Numbered from the whole stretch's first letter, positions 11,869 through 24,968 are shown. The stretch: DNA of 63,708 nucleotides, filler included, from Octopus bimaculoides (GCF_001194135.2; 7 parts of 6 records of this genome joined end to end with filler, not necessarily neighbours in it), one strand, 5' to 3'. Notes: generated by a model from the letters alone, not told the origin. Translations and numbers: made by a program.

Positions 11869-12480
11869 CAGGATGCGATGAATAAACTATCGTCTATATC
11901 AAGCAAAAATTAAAATAACACCGACATCTCAGTTTAACAGATATATCTTGCTAAAATTACATTAAAATATCTCAAAATACTAAAGAATAGATTTATTAAA
12001 TAAAGCCGCCATTGGCTTCATCCACGGCCTCCAGACGACTTCGGAATCTCCTACATCTTCTGGAGGTCTCCTTGTTTAAGTTGGTCGAAGCTGCCATAAT
12101 CCTGGCCTTCATTTCATCTTTGGTGTTACAAGGAGTTTTGCTGCTCTCTCACTCAACTGCACTCTACACATTATAATCAAGAGGGTTGCAGACTGAGAAG
12201 TTAAGTGACCTGACGTTTGGGGTTATGTGGTTTCAGAAATTGTCTGACAGCCATGACTGGGTTCTCCTGCTTGTGTGGCATGGTGCAGAGTCCTGTTGCC
12301 AGATATAGGGTCTTCCAGCATACATCCTCTTGACCCAGGACAGCACTACCTCCTCTAGCCTCCGTGTTGAGTCTGGGGCCGTGTGGGAGGATGAGTGGAG
12401 GCATAATGTCGCCATTACTAGTGATCACTCCAGACACTATGATGTTGATTGGATGTTTGATTTCATCACTCTCGGTACAT
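11869..12480 (-). mobile_element. maT/DD37D-type Tc1-mariner transposon, 3' part
   Basis: KHPINIIVSGVITS...WQQDSAPCHTS...CNPLDY...TPCNTKDEMKARI...RFRSRLEAV; terminus TA|CAGG at 11867-11872; internal stops. Confidence 0.8.
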
Positions 12481-12726
12481 ATCCTTAGATTGCACTGTTC
12501 TCAGTTTGACTCCCAAACACTCTGAAATGTTCGTATTGGAGCTTCCAACACGAACATTAAGCAGTACAATATCTGGTGGAATGAATTGCATCATGGTGCT
12601 GTTTTTCTCACAAACGGTGTCCAACTGAGCCTGCTAAAGTGTGTAGTCGACAAAAACAAGCAACGTGCATACGCGAAATTAGAAATATAATAAGGCGACA
12701 ATTTACGCATCGCACTGTGCATGCAT

Positions 12727-12788
<62 letters not shown>

Positions 12789-13530
12789 NNNNNNNNNNNN
12801 NNNNNNNNNNNNNNNNNNNNNNNNNNNNNNNNNNNNNNNNNNNNNNNNNNNNNNNNNNNNNNNNNNNNNNNNNNNNNNNNNNNNNNNNNNNNNNNNNNNN
12901 NNNNNNNNNNNNNNNNNNNNNNNNNNNNNNNNNNNNNNNNNNNNNNNNNNNNNNNNNNNNNNNNNNNNNNNNNNNNNNNNNNNNNNNNNNNNNNNNNNNN
13001 NNNNNNNNNNNNNNNNNNNNNNNNNNNNNNNNNNNNNNNNNNNNNNNNNNNNNNNNNNNNNNNNNNNNNNNNNNNNNNNNNNNNNNNNNNNNNNNNNNNN
13101 NNNNNNNNNNNNNNNNNNNNNNNNNNNNNNNNNNNNNNNNNNNNNNNNNNNNNNNNNNNNNNNNNNNNNNNNNNNNNNNNNNNNNNNNNNNNNNNNNNNN
13201 NNNNNNNNNNNNNNNNNNNNNNNNNNNNNNNNNNNNNNNNNNNNNNNNNNNNNNNNNNNNNNNNNNNNNNNNNNNNNNNNNNNNNNNNNNNNNNNNNNNN
13301 NNNNNNNNNNNNNNNNNNNNNNNNNNNNNNNNNNNNNNNNNNNNNNNNNNNNNNNNNNNNNNNNNNNNNNNNNNNNNNNNNNNNNNNNNNNNNNNNNNNN
13401 NNNNNNNNNNNNNNNNNNNNNNNNNNNNNNNNNNNNNNNNNNNNNNNNNNNNNNNNNNNNNNNNNNNNNNNNNNNNNNNNNNNNNNNNNNNNNNNNNNNN
13501 NNNNNNNNNNNNNNNNNNNNNNNNNNNNNN

Positions 13531-13568
<38 letters not shown>

Positions 13569-15225
13569 ATAATTTTTTTCCAAAAAACGAAGAACAAACA
13601 AGAAAAAACAACGCAAGTACGTGGTATATATACACACACATATATACACACAGACACACATATGTATATACACACACACAGATATATATACACATATATG
13701 CATACACACATGCACACACGCACGTATACACACACGCACGCACATACACACACATATGATGCGCGTGAGTGTGTATGTGTGTGTACGTATGCATGTATGT
13801 ATGTAAACGTATTTATACTCTCTGTGTACATGTGTGTTTTCATGTCTGTTTGATATCCTGATGTATGTCCAGTTAGTCATATATATATAATTACTTGTAC
13901 ACATTGCTGAGCCAACAGTTGAACCTCAGCGCAGTGGCTCAACCTCCTAGACCAAGCAGTCTAATACTTCGCAAATCGCCTTCACAAAAGCATTTCACAA
14001 TGGTGTTATGAAAACATAAAGCTTGAAAAACAAGATGGTATGGTTACAGTTGAGTCACATTCCAACATAAGTATGCTTCATCGTGGCAACACAGGGATTA
14101 AAAAACAGCATTTAAAAGCAGCAGAATATTTCAGAGAGGAAACGGTAAACGCTATGTAACCATGAGAATTTAGTCATACGTTATGGCACCATAAGGAATT
14201 AAGATTTCAGGTCGATAACATTGAGTTCATAAACACATACTTCAAGAACATGCGCTTGTGCGTGTGCTTGTGTGTGTGCCTGTGCGAATGTAGATGTGTT
14301 TACGCCTGTCTGTGTGTGTATATGCATGTGTGTGTTTGTTTGTGTGTGCATGCGTATGTGTGTGTGTGTTTGTGTGGTAGTATGTGTGACTGTATGAAAG
14401 CAGATATGTGTATGTGTGTCCCTGATTGTATACGAATGTGTGTGTGTGTGTGTTCTACATTTAGCATGAAAACATTTCCAAGATAAAACAGCAGCAGCGA
14501 GTTAGAGATCGCTGCATTTATTTTTCTTAAATATTTTAACACTTCTTTCGCAACAGAAAATAGTGTTTAAAATGTATTAATGCCTACCACAATTTTTCTT
14601 TTTCTTTTCCTTTTCTTTATTTTTTTGCTTTGACTTGAATCTTGAAGGATCAGCTGACATTGTAGAGAAATGTAAAGCTTTCCTATCTCTCCTTAATTTA
14701 CACTTTACACATAAAGGAGAGAGAGAAAAGTAAAAAAAAAAAGACATTATCAATGTGAAATACAATTGTCGATTATACAATATGAGGCAGTGAATTAGAT
14801 GAAACATTACGTAATTAGATTTCGAATTTCTGTGGATCCTCTCTTCTTTGTATAGCATAAATACCAAACAACGCAAACACACGCGTGCACACACATATGT
14901 GCACATGCTCGCACGTACACATGCACACATGCGCGCGTACATACACACTCACATACATACCTACATAAAACTTAAAACATAAACATACAAATACATATAC
15001 ACACATGCATACATACATAAACATATATACGTTATCTATGACTTACGGCAAGAGAAACTAAATGATTAAACATATTCAACTGCCTCAGTCGCTTCTCCTT
15101 CGTTGAACATTCGCTATTACAATACCTCTCAAAAACACCGTTTAAAAATCTCGGAACAAAAGTGAATATTTCTTGTTTGTGTGATCCGAAAGTGTAAGGG
15201 TAGGAGTAGTTATTATCAATAATGT

Positions 15226-15278
<53 letters not shown>

Positions 15279-15555
15279 CTGCTGCTGCTGTTGTTGTTGT
15301 TGTTGTTGTTGTTGCTGCTGCTGCGGAACACATCGGACGTGTTTTCGAACGTTCCAAGTAAGTTCGTTTCAAAATATTTATTTACACCAGGTTTGGTGTC
15401 TTTTTGCAATAATTATTTTATTTCAAGTTGTAAATAGAAGTACCAGGAACCTATTACCTGTTTTTATATGGTTGTGTAGCCCCCAGAAGTGCGATTATCG
15501 GCCCAACAAATAAATTCGGTGTGCGTTAAAATTTAATAGAATCAATACAACTCAA

Positions 15556-15745
15556 CAAGATGGCGGAACACTCTTGAAAGAGTTAAGGAAAACAAAACAA
15601 ACCCTCCTACCAATATGGTAATAGATGAAGACTTCCCTCCTCTTCCCTTTGTCACGGGCAACAATACAGGGAAAGATGAGGAGGAGGAGAAGAACAAGAC
15701 TGTCATGGTACAAAGTACAACGAACCGTAACAACTTGCCCCTCCT
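15556..15745 (+). mobile_element. Probable 5' end of a Tx1/L1-like LINE
   Basis: CAAGATGGCGG (YY1-type motif) at 15556-15566; ATG at 15615 gives MVIDEDFPPLP, sharing DFPPL with the ORF1 start at 49178. Confidence 0.5.
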
Positions 15746-15776
15746 CATAAAATTCAGGCGTTGTGCTTATAGCAGA

Positions 15777-15887
<111 letters not shown>

Positions 15888-15892
15888 CATTA

Positions 15893-16445
15893 CTGAGTGT
15901 GAGAGCAGCCCATGCCATCGAAGTGATACTAGGGTACAAATATACAAAGCCCAATATACCCATCATCTCTACCCGTCTGCTAAGGAAGGGTACATCAAGC
16001 ACATGTATCACAACCATACGTGCGCGACAAGGTGATCTTATATCAAAATAAACAGAGCAAGTGGGAGTCCAGTTAGAATTTTCTCCAGGTTGCGTAGCCC
16101 ATTCCACTCAAAAAGTTCCTGAATAAGGTTTGTTTAAAAATGATAAACAAAACACTAATGTTTCCAGATGTGAGTTATTCAAACCCCAAAGAATTCCTCT
16201 CAACACACGGCTATGATGCTCTCCCACTACTTCTGTTAGTGATCAGAGATGCACACATCGTCAGCCACTAAGGGACATGCTCAACTGGTTAAGGTCAAAC
16301 AACTGACAAGCAAATCTGTGGTATTAAACAGAATATTTGGTGTAGCCCCTCTTGTATACCAAGACAGAACATGTATATGATAACACTTCCGATCAGTTAA
16401 GATCGGAAGCCATGAGAGTCACTGCCTGGTACTGCATCAGGGCAT
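15893..16445 (-). repeat. Dispersed repeat family X, copy 1
   Basis: About 370 bp (16071-16445) align closely with 19189-19562; strand is a guess. Confidence 0.75.
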
Positions 16446-16446
16446 G

Positions 16447-16544
<98 letters not shown>

Positions 16545-16545
<1 letters not shown>

Positions 16546-16611
16546 GGCAGCGAACTGCCAGAATGGTTAGCACGTCGGGCAAAATGCTTAGCAGCATTTC
16601 GTCCGTCTTTA
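16545..16611 (+). mobile_element. SINE family C head, running into a gap
   Basis: ggcagcgaactgccagaatggttagcacgtcgggc head. Confidence 0.65.
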
Positions 16612-17406
16612 NNNNNNNNNNNNNNNNNNNNNNNNNNNNNNNNNNNNNNNNNNNNNNNNNNNNNNNNNNNNNNNNNNNNNNNNNNNNNNNNNNNNNNNNN
16701 NNNNNNNNNNNNNNNNNNNNNNNNNNNNNNNNNNNNNNNNNNNNNNNNNNNNNNNNNNNNNNNNNNNNNNNNNNNNNNNNNNNNNNNNNNNNNNNNNNNN
16801 NNNNNNNNNNNNNNNNNNNNNNNNNNNNNNNNNNNNNNNNNNNNNNNNNNNNNNNNNNNNNNNNNNNNNNNNNNNNNNNNNNNNNNNNNNNNNNNNNNNN
16901 NNNNNNNNNNNNNNNNNNNNNNNNNNNNNNNNNNNNNNNNNNNNNNNNNNNNNNNNNNNNNNNNNNNNNNNNNNNNNNNNNNNNNNNNNNNNNNNNNNNN
17001 NNNNNNNNNNNNNNNNNNNNNNNNNNNNNNNNNNNNNNNNNNNNNNNNNNNNNNNNNNNNNNNNNNNNNNNNNNNNNNNNNNNNNNNNNNNNNNNNNNNN
17101 NNNNNNNNNNNNNNNNNNNNNNNNNNNNNNNNNNNNNNNNNNNNNNNNNNNNNNNNNNNNNNNNNNNNNNNNNNNNNNNNNNCACATAAATTTGTATTAA
17201 ATCTACTGCTAAAATTTTTTTTTAGTATATTTAACCTAACTGGAGCTCTAGTTCCGTTTTCTTTTGTCCTTTCGAGGAGGAGGTATTTATTAACTGTTTT
17301 TGGAACTTAGAAATCTCAAAATATGGCATCAAAACTTTGAACAGGATTCTGGGAGAGGAAATAGATTTTGTAATTTAGTTTAGATTTATTCCTCGCCACA
17401 AACCGG

Positions 17407-17478
17407 CACCGCTGCCGCCACCGCTGCCGCCACCGCTGCCGCCACCGCTGCCGCCACCGCTGCCGCCACTGCTGCTGC
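17407..17478. repeat. 12-bp GC-rich tandem repeat (CACCGCTGCCGC) x5 plus one degenerate unit
   Basis: Directly visible. Confidence 0.95.
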
Positions 17479-17479
17479 C

Positions 17480-19141
17480 ACCACCAAGGCTATCATCACC
17501 AATGTCATCGTAACAGGTGGCAGGATAAAACTAACAACAACAATAAAAGTAAAACAAAAGAATAGACAGTGATAGTGAGACCACCATTATCACCACCATC
17601 ACAATCCTCACCACTGCCGCTGCTGCTGCTGACGACCAGAGTAAAAAAAACAGTAACAATATCAATAACAGAATGCCAAAGCAATAAGACGCTATGCAAA
17701 GTGGTGTACATCGGAAATGAAAGCTCCGCCATCACCACCATTAATACCACCACCATCAGTATCTTCTTGGAAGCAATATCACAAGTAGAAGTAGCAAAAA
17801 AAAAAAATTAACTTTTATCATTAAGACAGCATCCTTTGCAAAAATAACTCGAGGTTCTAAAACAATAGGGAACTTTGTCAGAAGCTCGGCTTCACGGTAA
17901 ACAATCTGGATGTAAAGTATCTTTAAAAATACCTAGGTTATATCTGGAAGATACCAGCAGTAAAAACAAAACATCAGGAGCTACGCCAACAACCTCTGCA
18001 ACGGAATCTTCCAATCACAATACAACACGATAAGGAAAGACCCACTCGTTCAGATCAATCACATATGTCGTGCAATGAGGTCAACACAGAGGAGCAACGG
18101 AGAATTGTCCCTGTAAGGAAGGACAAAACGACAAAACGAGCTGGGAGATATGAAGGGAGAAGATTTAAAGGAGTATAATATCGACATCACTAGCATCTTC
18201 ACCCCGACTATGACTGACAATACCATCGTCACTGTATACACAATCCAACCTACACCCAAACCAACATTCAAATACATAAGTGTGAAAACCAGGTGGTTAG
18301 AGTGAGCGACACAGGCCCAGATAGAAAGTTACCTGATGTCATTTTGGGACTTAAAAACTTACGGGGCGAGAAGTAGGAGTTTTGGTACGATGGAGGTAAA
18401 GTTCTGGACGAAAACAGGTGCAGAAAAGCCCCCTATAAATCCCATAAAAATGAAGAGCTGATCTTCACATTAACGTATTTCACTGACATGTGACTGAATT
18501 GATGGTAGTCGATGTCCGACTAGAAATCAACTTCTGGCGTGAATCCTGGCAAACAGCGATAGAGAAACAACTATCAAACCATAGAAGCTGCGCAAGAACT
18601 AGTTGGGGATATGAATAACATTCTGACTCAAACGGATCGGGAGAGTGCGGAAACTGTTACCTGCATAATCAACCTGCCAAATGGCACATAACTATTCATT
18701 GTGATGAAGAGTAGAAATTTTCCGTGTCATCTGAGTGATGACAACAGTCATCTAAAGGCTTTTTGTACAAAATAATCAAAAAGCGAAGTACTACTGCTGA
18801 CATGTCTCCGGCAGCAGCAAGAGCACCAATTACGCTAGTAGCGCATACTATAGCAGCGAATTCAGTGGTGGCAACAGCAACAACAACAGCATCCACAAGC
18901 AGCAACATCAACAGTAGTGTCCAACTACAATAACCTTGACTGCAGCATCAGCTACAGAAATACGTACACTAATGCTAGTAAAACCAATAACGGCTGCAGA
19001 TATTATAACAACACCACTAACTGAACGAAGAACAGTATCAGGAGCTACACCAACAACGTCAGCAACGGAATCTTCCAATCACAATACAACACGATAAAGA
19101 AAGACCCTATCGTTCAGATCAATCACATATGTCGTGCAATG
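17480..19141 (+). mobile_element. Heavily decayed Tx1-like ORF1 remnant with internal duplication
   Basis: From 18309 TQAQIESYLMSFWDLKTYGARSRSFGTMEVKF resembles TQEKVERCLKLLWSYKTYITRGMKFATIEVRL of the 49265 ORF; flanked by Thr/Ala-rich stretches. Confidence 0.55.
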
Positions 19142-19149
19142 GGTGATAA

Positions 19150-19562
19150 AGCAGTGCATGCCATCAAAGTGACACTGAGATAAAATATAGTTAGAATTTT
19201 CTCCAGGTCGAGTAGCCCATCCCATGCAAAAGGTCCCTGAATAAGAGTTGTTTAAGGATGTTAAACGAGGCACTCATATTTCCAAAGGTGAATTATCCAA
19301 ATCCCAAAGAATCCCTCTCAACACATGACTATGGTGCTCCCTCACCACTTCTGCTCGTGATCAGAGATGCACATAACGTCAGCCACTAAGGGACACGTTC
19401 AACTGGTTAAGGTCAAACAACTGACAAACAAATCTATGGTATTAAGCAGAATATTTGCTATAGCCCATCTTTTATACCAAGACAAAACAATGTACACGAT
19501 AACACTTCCGATAAGCTAAGATGAGAAGCCATGAGAATCATTACCTGGTACTACATCAGGGC
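19150..19562 (-). repeat. Dispersed repeat family X, copy 2 (internally deleted)
   Basis: Matches about 15903-15932 and then 16071-16445. Confidence 0.75.
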
Positions 19563-19745
19563 GTGACGAGCTGGTAGAATCGTTAGTGCGCCTGAACAAT
19601 ACTTTGCGGCACCTCATCTGTCTTAACGTTCTGAATTCAACCACCGAGAGCGATGTACCATTTTCCCCACTTTTGGGGTTCGATAGAACAATTACCAGTT
19701 GAGCTAAATTCCAGGTCCTGTGTCTATAGGAGAAAAGATTATTAT
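19563..19745 (+). mobile_element. Degenerate SINE family C
   Basis: gacgagctggtagaatcgttag head and gagaaaagattattatt tail. Confidence 0.65.
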
Positions 19746-19911
19746 TGTATTCGTGGTGGTGCTTTGCCACTGCTTCCTGTTTCTCGGTGCTGCTCCTTTA
19801 ATAAGTGTTCAGTTCAATTTGACCTCAAATACTTCCGTTCCTATGATATGTTAATCAATTCATTCAGTTTCACTTTCAAAGCAGATATTGGCTATGCTGT
19901 ACATACATACA

Positions 19912-19942
<31 letters not shown>

Positions 19943-20008
19943 GTAACACACTGTATAAATACTAATGTTGAGAAATTAGGCTTCTCAAGACCAGAAAGGA
20001 GAAAGCTG

Positions 20009-20582
20009 GGATCTTTTTTAAAACGGGGGCCACATTTTTCATTAACGAAACACTTTGAAACTTGGAACACTGGTAGAATGTGTCATATAAAGCATCTTTT
20101 TCTCTTAGTCTTCTTTAAAAAAAAAGAAATCCATAAGTTATTCCATGTTAAAGTTGTCGTATTTCTGTAATTTCAACCAATCACTGACGTCCATTCAGCC
20201 GATATACATTAAGTGCCGACTACATAAACAAACGATTTTGAAATAATTAACCCTAACCCTAGGGTTAGGGTTAGGGTTAGGGTTAGGGTTAAAGCAAATT
20301 TAAAATGAAAAAAGCAAATAAAACGAAGGTATGGAGATTAAATACGCTTTACATCGCTTAATCAGCCAAAGGAGTAAATATAAACAACTGAATACTTGTC
20401 AGTGATTGGTTGAAATTATCGAAATAAGACAATTTTTTACATGAAATAAATTCGAATACAAAAATATTTTTCTGTTCTATAACACAAAATAGATAAATAT
20501 ACGAAGTTTGAAAGTCTTTCCGTACCAAAAACACTACGTAAAACATTAATGAAAAATGTGGCCCCCGTTTGAAAATAGATCC
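20009..20582. mobile_element. MITE-like element with nested inverted repeats and a central TTAGGG tract
   Basis: Perfect 25-bp IR 20021-20045/20546-20570; perfect 21-bp IR 20168-20188/20398-20418; telomere-type repeats at 20247-20292. Confidence 0.7.
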
Positions 20583-20869
20583 GAAAGCTGATTCGAACGG
20601 TACAAAACCAATCCATCACCGGAACTATCAAAATCTGTAAAACTTTCCAGAAGTTTATCACTCAAGTATATATGAACATGTCTAGATATTCAAGTATATG
20701 CGTAGGAAGACACGCATAAAACAAAACATACAAATCTGCAAATATGCATGCACACATACAAAAATACCCAGTTGATGTTGTTGAAATTCCAATGAAGGAG
20801 CATTGAATCTATGTTAGAAACATACTCTTTCTCTATTGGGAAGACATCTTGAAATAAAACTGAATAAGG

Positions 20870-21015
20870 ACATACATACATACATACATACACACACACA
20901 TACATACATACATACATACATACATGCATACATACATACATACATACATACATACATACATACACATACATACATACATACATACATACATACATGCATA
21001 CATACATACATACAT
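20870..21015. repeat. (CATA)n microsatellite
   Basis: Directly visible. Confidence 0.95.
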
Positions 21016-21299
21016 GTGTATAAATGTAGTCATACGTATGTGTGCGCGTGTCTGTAGTATTTATTTACTAGTCACATTATCTCGATTTGGAAACATCTTC
21101 TCGTATATATTGTTTCCATTGCAACGTTACCGACAATCTGTATTTCCTAAAAATCTGTGAACAAACGTGTTTGGCTGCCATGTTTTCATGCATCACTGTT
21201 TTCTGACCAGAAACATTAACTCAATATCTCTTACCTACCATTAATTCAATATCTCTTACTTAGCGTTTCGATGCACTTCGACAAATAAATTAACGAGAA

Positions 21300-21480
21300 G
21301 GATTTTATGGTCTCGCTCGAAATAGCAGCCAAATCGCCTTCATATCACATTTTGCCGTTTTAAGAGCAAGTAGGTTGCCTAACGTAATATTCGATATATT
21401 GTTTAAACGAAAAACTGTATGGTCAGTGGTGGAACGTCTTTGAGTTTAGGTCTACTTGATCAGGGCTAACCAGCTAGAAG
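21300..21480 (+). repeat. Dispersed repeat family F copy
   Basis: gaaatagcagccaaatc...gatcagggct; inverted relative at 24360-24570. Confidence 0.5.
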
Positions 21481-21669
21481 GTGGATATAATTCATGATAC
21501 ACAAGATGTTAACATCGTCAATATGTACCGTTAGCTTGTTAACCTACACAGCTATTTAAGATATGCATATAAATACTGATGCGTGTATACATGACATCGA
21601 TTTCAGAAACAACATACTGTCTCACACATGCAATTATATACACAAATGTCGATGATGTTAGTTTCAGAT

Positions 21670-21845
21670 GTTGGCACAAGGCCTGCAATTTCAGGAGAGT
21701 AGTTAAATCGATTACAACGACGCTAGCGCTCGGCTGATATTTATTTTATCAACCTCGAAAGGATGAAAGGCAAGGTCGATCTTGTCGGAACTCAGCATGT
21801 AAAGACGGACGAAATACCGCTAAACATTATGCTCAGCGTGCTACA
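21670..21845 (-). mobile_element. SINE family C
   Basis: ggcacaaggcctgcaatttc...cgaaaggatgaaaggcaaggtcga...cagcgtgcta. Confidence 0.75.
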
Positions 21846-21876
21846 TGAGATTGACATTAACACAATGTGTTGATAA

Positions 21877-22414
21877 TCTATATACAAACAAAGCGAAATT
21901 CTCTCTGTCCGTCTGGGATCCCTGTATCTCAGTCTACGTTTGCTCTAAATAGACATACTATACCGTTTTGGAATTAGGATGATCCCGGGATTGAAAATCT
22001 GCCCTTCATTTGGTTCTTGAACATCCAACATTTGGATCTGATTTAAAAGCATTTGGGTTGCTATTTCTAACAGGTAAAGCTTGGCTTATTAACGCGATCT
22101 TGGTTGGCGTTTGTCAGATGACGTCATATATCAAGGGGAAGATAAATGGCATTCGCTTCATTAATTTTATGTCGAAATAAGAACTTTGGGACAACAGTTG
22201 GAATTCAAATTGGGACTGGAACAATAGAATGATTGCATTACAGAATTAATTCTCATTCGTCTTTAACCACTGATCAAGCACCACCGGGGCATATAGTCAT
22301 TATAGACATATTATAGCCATGCTATTTAGCTCTCTTTAGTTTTGGGGTGCAGGCCTAATTAGCCCTTCACAGGAGCCGACTGAAAAGACCGCGCGGATGC
22401 GGCTTTTAACCTAG
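21877..22414 (+). mobile_element. Non-autonomous Helitron-like element
   Basis: 5' A|TCTATATAC at 21876/21877; 3' hairpin AAAAG-a-CCGC-gcggat-GCGG-CTTTT at 22383-22407; CTAG|T at 22411-22415. Confidence 0.6.
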
Positions 22415-22934
22415 TCCCAAATATTCTGGACTAACGCATCCACTGTCAATATTAAATATAAAATAAGAAATAAAGATACAAAAATATTCCTCATAAAGAT
22501 ATGTTTCTATATGGCTCTGCCTTAATGTGTAATCCACTTGAAATGTCAGCCAAAATTCAATTCATTGAAATCACGTCATGAAGNNNNNNNNNNNNNNNNN
22601 NNNNNNNNNNNNNNNNNNNNNNNNNNNNNNNNNNNNNNNNNNNNNNNNNNNNNNNNNNNNNNNNNNNNNNNNNNNNNNNNNNNNNNNNNNNNNNNNNNNN
22701 NNNNNNNNNNNNNNNNNNNNNNNNNNNNNNNNNNNNNNNNNNNNNNNNNNNNNNNNNNNNNNNNNNNNNNNNNNNNNNNNNNNNNNNNNNNNNNNNNNNN
22801 NNNNNNNNNNNNNNNNNNNNNNNNNNNNNNNNNNNNNNNNNNNNNNNNNNNNNNNNNNNNNNNNNNNNNNNNNNNNNNNNNNNNNNNNNNNNNNNNNNNN
22901 NNNNNNNNNNNNNNNNNNNNNNNNNNNNNNNNNN

Positions 22935-22975
<41 letters not shown>

Positions 22976-22976
<1 letters not shown>

Positions 22977-23256
22977 AGTCCACAAACGGTGTTTAAAATT
23001 TACGACAGCGTTTCGGTAGAATTTTATTGATAAATTCATGACATAAAATTTATGACGTAAAATTCATCATCTTCAGATGAAATTTTTAACAGCTATCAAA
23101 CAGGAGAGATACATCAATCGTCACGAATCAACCCGACATTGTTGGATAAGCGGTATTTTGAAAATGGTGGATAATATGTCATGGTGTAATCTATGATTAC
23201 ATCAAGAAATTCTATCAAAACAGCTGTCGTAAATTTTAAACATATTTGTGTTCTCT
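22976..23256. repeat. Inverted repeat built from hammerhead-ribozyme halves
   Basis: Perfect 20-bp IR 22990-23009/23223-23242 with imperfect extension to about 55 bp; minus strand carries CTGAAGA (23070-23076) ... GAAAC GCT GTC. Confidence 0.65.
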
Positions 23257-23490
23257 TTTCAGTATATAATTACGTCAAACATACAACCAACTCTGAGTCG
23301 GATCTACGGTTCATATTGGATTTGGTACTCAAATATCTACAGTATCCTTCCAAAAATTGATACCTTCATTGATGTTTCACCTCGCTGTGAACTCTATGTT
23401 ATTGTACCTACTCATTTCTGGCGACCTACGTGCTGATGTGCCTAGATTCAATTGAATTCTATAACTAATCCATCCATCCACCTCTCTCTT

Positions 23491-23591
<101 letters not shown>

Positions 23592-24359
23592 CATATTTGT
23601 ATTATAAACAATATGTTGACACCTCAAACACTGTGCAAAAACGACAGACAATAATTATGTAACAAGCGATAACGTTATAAAAATATTATCTCTAAGGACT
23701 TAGATCGACTTACTAGAAATAGCAAAGAGCATTAGTTCAAATTATGCCCTGCAGTTTAAAAACGAAGCAGGGAATATTAGATAAATTATTGTGGTTCTGT
23801 TTGATTCTGGGGTTAAACAAAAACGGCTACAAATATTTGCCATTAAGAAAAGCACTGCAAATATGTATCATACATTTCGAGATGATTTCATTGAAAACAA
23901 GCGAACCATGAGTATTTGTTGCGTGTGGGTCTTTATACGATTCATCGAACAGCTAGAAATTGCGGGCAGATATCCCTCGAATCACCTCCACCTTTTTCTA
24001 ATGCGGAAAGGACACATATTATATAGTAAGCCACCATTGAAAAGTTATAAAGTAAATACTGAATACGCTTTGATTAAAGGATTCGGCTTCATCACGGTTG
24101 ACTTATGTCTAAACAACAATACCTTCAATGCAAACACACATTATCATATTGACAATAGGGACTATAGTAATTATAGATTCATCGTGTGGTGTCCACAAGC
24201 TCTTTTCATAAAGTCAATCTAGCGATATTGTTACCGAATCCGTTGTCAGATCCTGGTTTTTCCCTTAGGTCTTTGCTTTCATGTTTTATTTGTAGTGTAT
24301 TTATATTACTCATCATATAGTACTATTGCTCATGTTGTTGTTGTTGATGATGTTGCTAT

Positions 24360-24570
24360 AGTTTAGCCTAACATCAGCTGCCTTGATGATACAAAATCTA
24401 TGATCATCCCCGTTCTAGCGGTGACCATCCCGACGTTTGAGTGTACGCAGCATCATTTTAGCGAACGAGTCGTTTCGTCTCTCAAGACAATTTGATGAGA
24501 TCTGAAGAAGATTTGGCTGCTACAGCTTGCAGATTAAGCGACTAGATACACTCTCTGGAAACTTGATGTG
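24360..24570 (-). repeat. Dispersed repeat family F copy
   Basis: gaagatttggctgcta matches the reverse complement of tagcagccaaatc at about 21323. Confidence 0.5.
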
Positions 24571-24642
24571 CTACAATGAACAACCTAATAGAGTCTATGG
24601 CATGACCAAATGAAGCCTACTGTATCACTGGGGCTCACCAAA

Positions 24643-24788
24643 GGCGTGGTGTGTGTGTAAGAAGCTTGCTTCGTAACCATGTGGTCTTGGACTCAGTCCT
24701 ACTGTGTGGCACCTCGGGCAAAGGTCTTCCTCAGGGCGAAAAATGCTTGTGAGTGAATTGGTAGATGGAAACTGAAAGAAGCCTGTGG
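24643..24788 (+). mobile_element. SINE family A, 5' part
   Basis: gtaagaagcttgcttc..aaccatgtgg..cagtcctactgtgtggcacctcgggcaa...ggaaactgaaagaagcc. Confidence 0.75.
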
Positions 24789-24851
24789 TATGTATTATGT
24801 ATAAATATATGCATATATGTGTGCGTGTGTGTGTACATATATATATATATA

Positions 24852-24968
24852 GGCGCAGGCGTGGTTGTGTGGTAAGAAGCTTGCTTCCCAACCACGTAGT
24901 TCTGGGTTCAGTCCCACTGCGTGGCACCTCGGGCAAGTGTCTTCTACTATAGTCTCGGGCGGACTAAA
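24852..24968 (+). mobile_element. SINE family A, 5' part
   Basis: ggcgcaggcgtggttgtgtggtaag (A-box-like) and gggttcagtccc (B-box-like). Confidence 0.8.

Noticed and set aside
20247-20292. Ancient telomere-telomere fusion site
   Set aside because: Only about seven repeats, embedded in a nested-IR element; better explained as element-internal
23791-24222. 143-aa plus-strand ORF
   Set aside because: Starts at GTG, no motif, no convincing splice sites; compatible with chance
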